64,000 bases of DNA. It comes from Azolla caroliniana (taxonomy: Eukaryota > Plantae > Polypodiophyta). The DNA lies in the NCBI GenBank assembly GCA_043228905.1, contig JBHGNT010000008.1, forward strand, positions 5,208,001 through 5,272,000. Reading direction: 5' to 3'. The notes beneath the pieces were generated by a model, which saw only the letters and a program-made list of their open reading frames with translations, searched no databases and was not told the DNA's origin. Both the position numbers and the translations under genes were made by a program. Positions 60,979 through 64,000 of this stretch are shown piece by piece; positions within the stretch are counted from its first letter, which is position 1; each line of letters opens with the position of its first letter.

Positions 60979-63900
60979 TGTTGACAGACAAGCTCAACAT
61001 GGTCTGAATCTGCTGAAGAACCAAGAGCCGAGGGCCGAATCGAACTCTGGTGTGCTGAGTCGGAAAGATTCCGAAAGGCCGTTGAGGTCCTATATTCCCG
61101 TTATAGTAAATAGGAATATTGTAGGTAGAATTAGTGTCAAGCTCATTTATGAGCGTTCAAGTATTGATGGTACTTGTGTCAGCCCACTCGTCAGGGCTTG
61201 TATAAAAAGTGCTCACCGAGCACAGTGTATGTATAGAGTGTTCATTATTCGAAATATAGTGTTGTTGTCTACGCTCTCTCTCACCATTCTCTATGTATAC
61301 CTAACTGTCGAGTTCTTGAAACCGACTGTGTACTCGATGTCTATCGCACACGCTTCCGCACACGAATTCTTTTACATGGTATTAGAGCGTGAGGGTTGAG
61401 ACTCCTCTACAGTTGACAAAAAAGCAAGCTAACAAGACAAAGTCAAGGTTTCTCGTTTTTCGGAAAAGAAAAGACAAGAACATGGACAGAGGAATGGGAA
61501 GCTTGTTTCTGACAGAGAAGTTTGATAGGAGCAACTATGCATCTTAGTCATACAAGATGCACCAGTACCTACTTAGTCATGGTTACTGGAGTTATGTGAC
61601 GGTCGAAGGAGCTAATGATGCTGCACCCGAATCGATACACAGAGATTTCCCGGCCTGGGAACAACTTTGCATCCTGTGTGAGTGACCAGCTTTTGAGCTA
61701 CATTTGGGATGCCAAGACGCACAAGAACGCTTGGGGAAATCCGATGAAGATTTTCGCCGTGAGCACCACAACTAGAAAGCTTCAGCTCAGACAGGAGGTG
61801 AGCAACGTCCGACAAAGAGACATGTCGGTGGCTGACTACACCTCTAAGATCGAGGAGATCTGTGACTCCCTCGCCTCCATCAACGTGAATGTTGAGGAGG
61901 ACAAAATGATGCAGGTTTGCCTCGGAGGGCTGACGTCGAAGTTTGGAGCATTCCAAATGGCAGTCTGCACAAGGGAGAATATGCCTTCGTTTTTCGAGCT
62001 TCAATCAATGTTTCTCCTAGAAGAAAACCACTCGGGTGCGTCGACAAAGAGACATGTCGGTGGCTGACTACACCTCTAAGATCGAGGAGATCTGTGACTC
62101 CCTCGCCTCCATCAACGTGAATGTTGAGGAGGACAAAATGATGCAGGTTTGCCTCGGAGGGTTGACGTCGAAGTTTGGAGCATTCCAAATGGCAGTCTGC
62201 ACGAGGGAGAATATGCCTTCGTTATTCGAGCTTCAATCGATGTTTCTCCTAGAAGAAAACCACTCGGGTGCGTCGACAAAGAGACATGTTGGTGGCTGAC
62301 TACACCTCTAAGATCGAGGAGATCTGTGACTCCCTCGCCTCCATCAACGTGAATGTTGAGGAGGACAAAATGATGCAGGTTTGCCTCGGAGGGTTGACGT
62401 CGAAGTTTGGAGCATTCCAAATGGCAGTCTGCACGAGGGAGAATATGCCTTCGTTTTTCGAGCTTCAATCAATGTTTCTCCTAGAAGAAAACCACTCGGG
62501 TGCGTCGACAAGTACGCACATCGACAACAAGATGTTATACATGGAGGCAAATCGGCCCTGTGGTCGTGGTGGACGAGGGGGGTCAGCCGTAATGGAAGCG
62601 GTTGACAAGAGCAGAACTCAAGGCATAATCGAAATGTCGACAACAACCGGACCCTCCACGAGCAGGGGGAGCCAAGGTGGCGCCGGAGATTGGCAAGGAA
62701 AGGTCGTGTCAGACTGTTGGTACTATGGATGGAAGGGCCACAGAGACAGCGAGTGCTGGAAAAAATGAGTCGATTCGGACAAGGCTGGATCGAGTTGAGG
62801 AGACGCGGATTGCGCCAGAGATCACACTACGTCGAAGGCTCGGGACGAGCCGAAATGGGTCTGGCCTTCGTAATAAAGCAAAAAGCCAACTTGATGGCGG
62901 TGAACACCTCAAGGTCAAATGAGGTGTGGTACGTGGATTGGCGCATTGAACCACATGACAAATCACAAGGAGTGATTCTCAACTTTGGAAAAGCCGGAGT
63001 AGTTGGGGGTCGTCGAAACTGGCAATGACACCCGTCACCCCATTGAACGCATTTGAGATGTCCTTCTCAGCCATGTCGGTCAGAAGGGAATCATGAGAAA
63101 TGTCTTGCATGTGCCGACAATCACCAAGAACTTGGTGTCGGTCAGACAAATTGTTGACTAGGGCATGCAAGTTCGATTTACTCATCTCAGGTGCTTCATC
63201 GAAGAAGAAGGCAAGATCATCACGCAAGGGTGCCGAGGAGGGAGGATGTTCATTTTCAAAACAAACAACGTCGGCACCCCTATGTTCACCAAGGGGTAAA
63301 AAGTCGAATAAGACATCGACTTGTGGCACAAGTAGTTTGGCCACGTCAACTTCTTGCGGCTTTGGGAGATGCAAACAAAAAACATCGTTTTCGGCTTGTC
63401 GAAATTTAGTGGCCAAAAGGGTCAAGTCTGCAAAGCCTACTAGTTGGGGAAGCATCATTGACTTCCGATCCCAAGTGAAAGAAATTGGAGCTGAAACAAG
63501 CTCGATTTGATTCACTTGGATGTATGGGGACCGGCATAGAAGGTGGCTGATATTTCGCGACCTTCATTGATGACCTCACTCGGCATACTTGGGCATGCCT
63601 AATCAAGAAGAAGAGTGAAGTCTTCTCCCGCTTCTTAAAGGTGAAGAGCCTTGCCGAACGGGAGACTGGCCGAAAGATCAAGTGCCTCACGCCCGATGGT
63701 GAAAAGGAGTATTTTTCCGATCTGATCCCAAGTTATCTGTAAAAGGAAGGAATTTGATGTGAATTCTCCTAAAGATACATGCCGCAAAAGAACGACGTGG
63801 TCGAGAGGAAGAATCAGACGATTGAAGAAGCGGCCAGGGCAATGCTCGAAGAGAAGCATATGCCGAAATTTTACTAGGCCGAAGCCATCAGGACGGCGAC

Positions 63901-64000
63901 CTGCAGAATTGGACTTCTGCAAATGGAGGAGTGTCGCCACACGAGCTGTACTTTGGAAAGAAGCCGAATTTTGCACACTTGAGGATATTTGGTAGCATTG
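60979..64000 (+). mobile_element. Degenerate Ty1/copia element E, related to element A; continues past the window end
   Basis: 5' LTR 60979-61376 (TGTTGACAGACAAGCTCAACAT..TTTTACA), PBS TGGTATTAGAGC, gag MDRGMGSL..EKFDRSNYAS, protease and integrase with many stops. Confidence 0.93.
61810..62505 (+). repeat. Triplicated 232-bp segment of gag in element E
   Basis: Units start at 61810, 62042 and 62274; CGACAA microhomology at the junctions. Confidence 0.95.

Overview
Repeat-rich land-plant nuclear DNA. A seed-free plant such as a fern is my guess from the retroelement types; it is not established. Three host genes: (1) an intronless, GC-rich germin-like protein (2081-2710, -) flanked by tandem arrays and a CTAAT/ATTAG-dense upstream block; (2) a 10-exon M17 leucine aminopeptidase with a transit peptide (40594-45977, +, 607 aa, one GC-AG intron); (3) a single-exon-CDS uncharacterised plant protein with LPPRKRLLAG and DEELARQLHRAMNSSPR motifs and about 11 Lys-rich internal repeats (56795-58861, -). 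The rest is mainly retroelements: a 5'-truncated L1-clade LINE with a TSD, two full-length Ty1/copia elements with LTRs, PBS, PPT and 5-bp TSDs (one nested in another copia's LTR), several truncated copia, gypsy and LINE relics, and a hAT-like MITE. Most unusual: telomeric repeats inside the LINE TSD at its 5' junction; a half copia element flanked by a 241-bp target duplication (candidate one-ended integration); a duplicated polypurine tract with an LTR-like read-through extension in two copia elements; and a foldback-like TAAT-rich block upstream of the GLP. All calls are from manual reading; no database searches were run.
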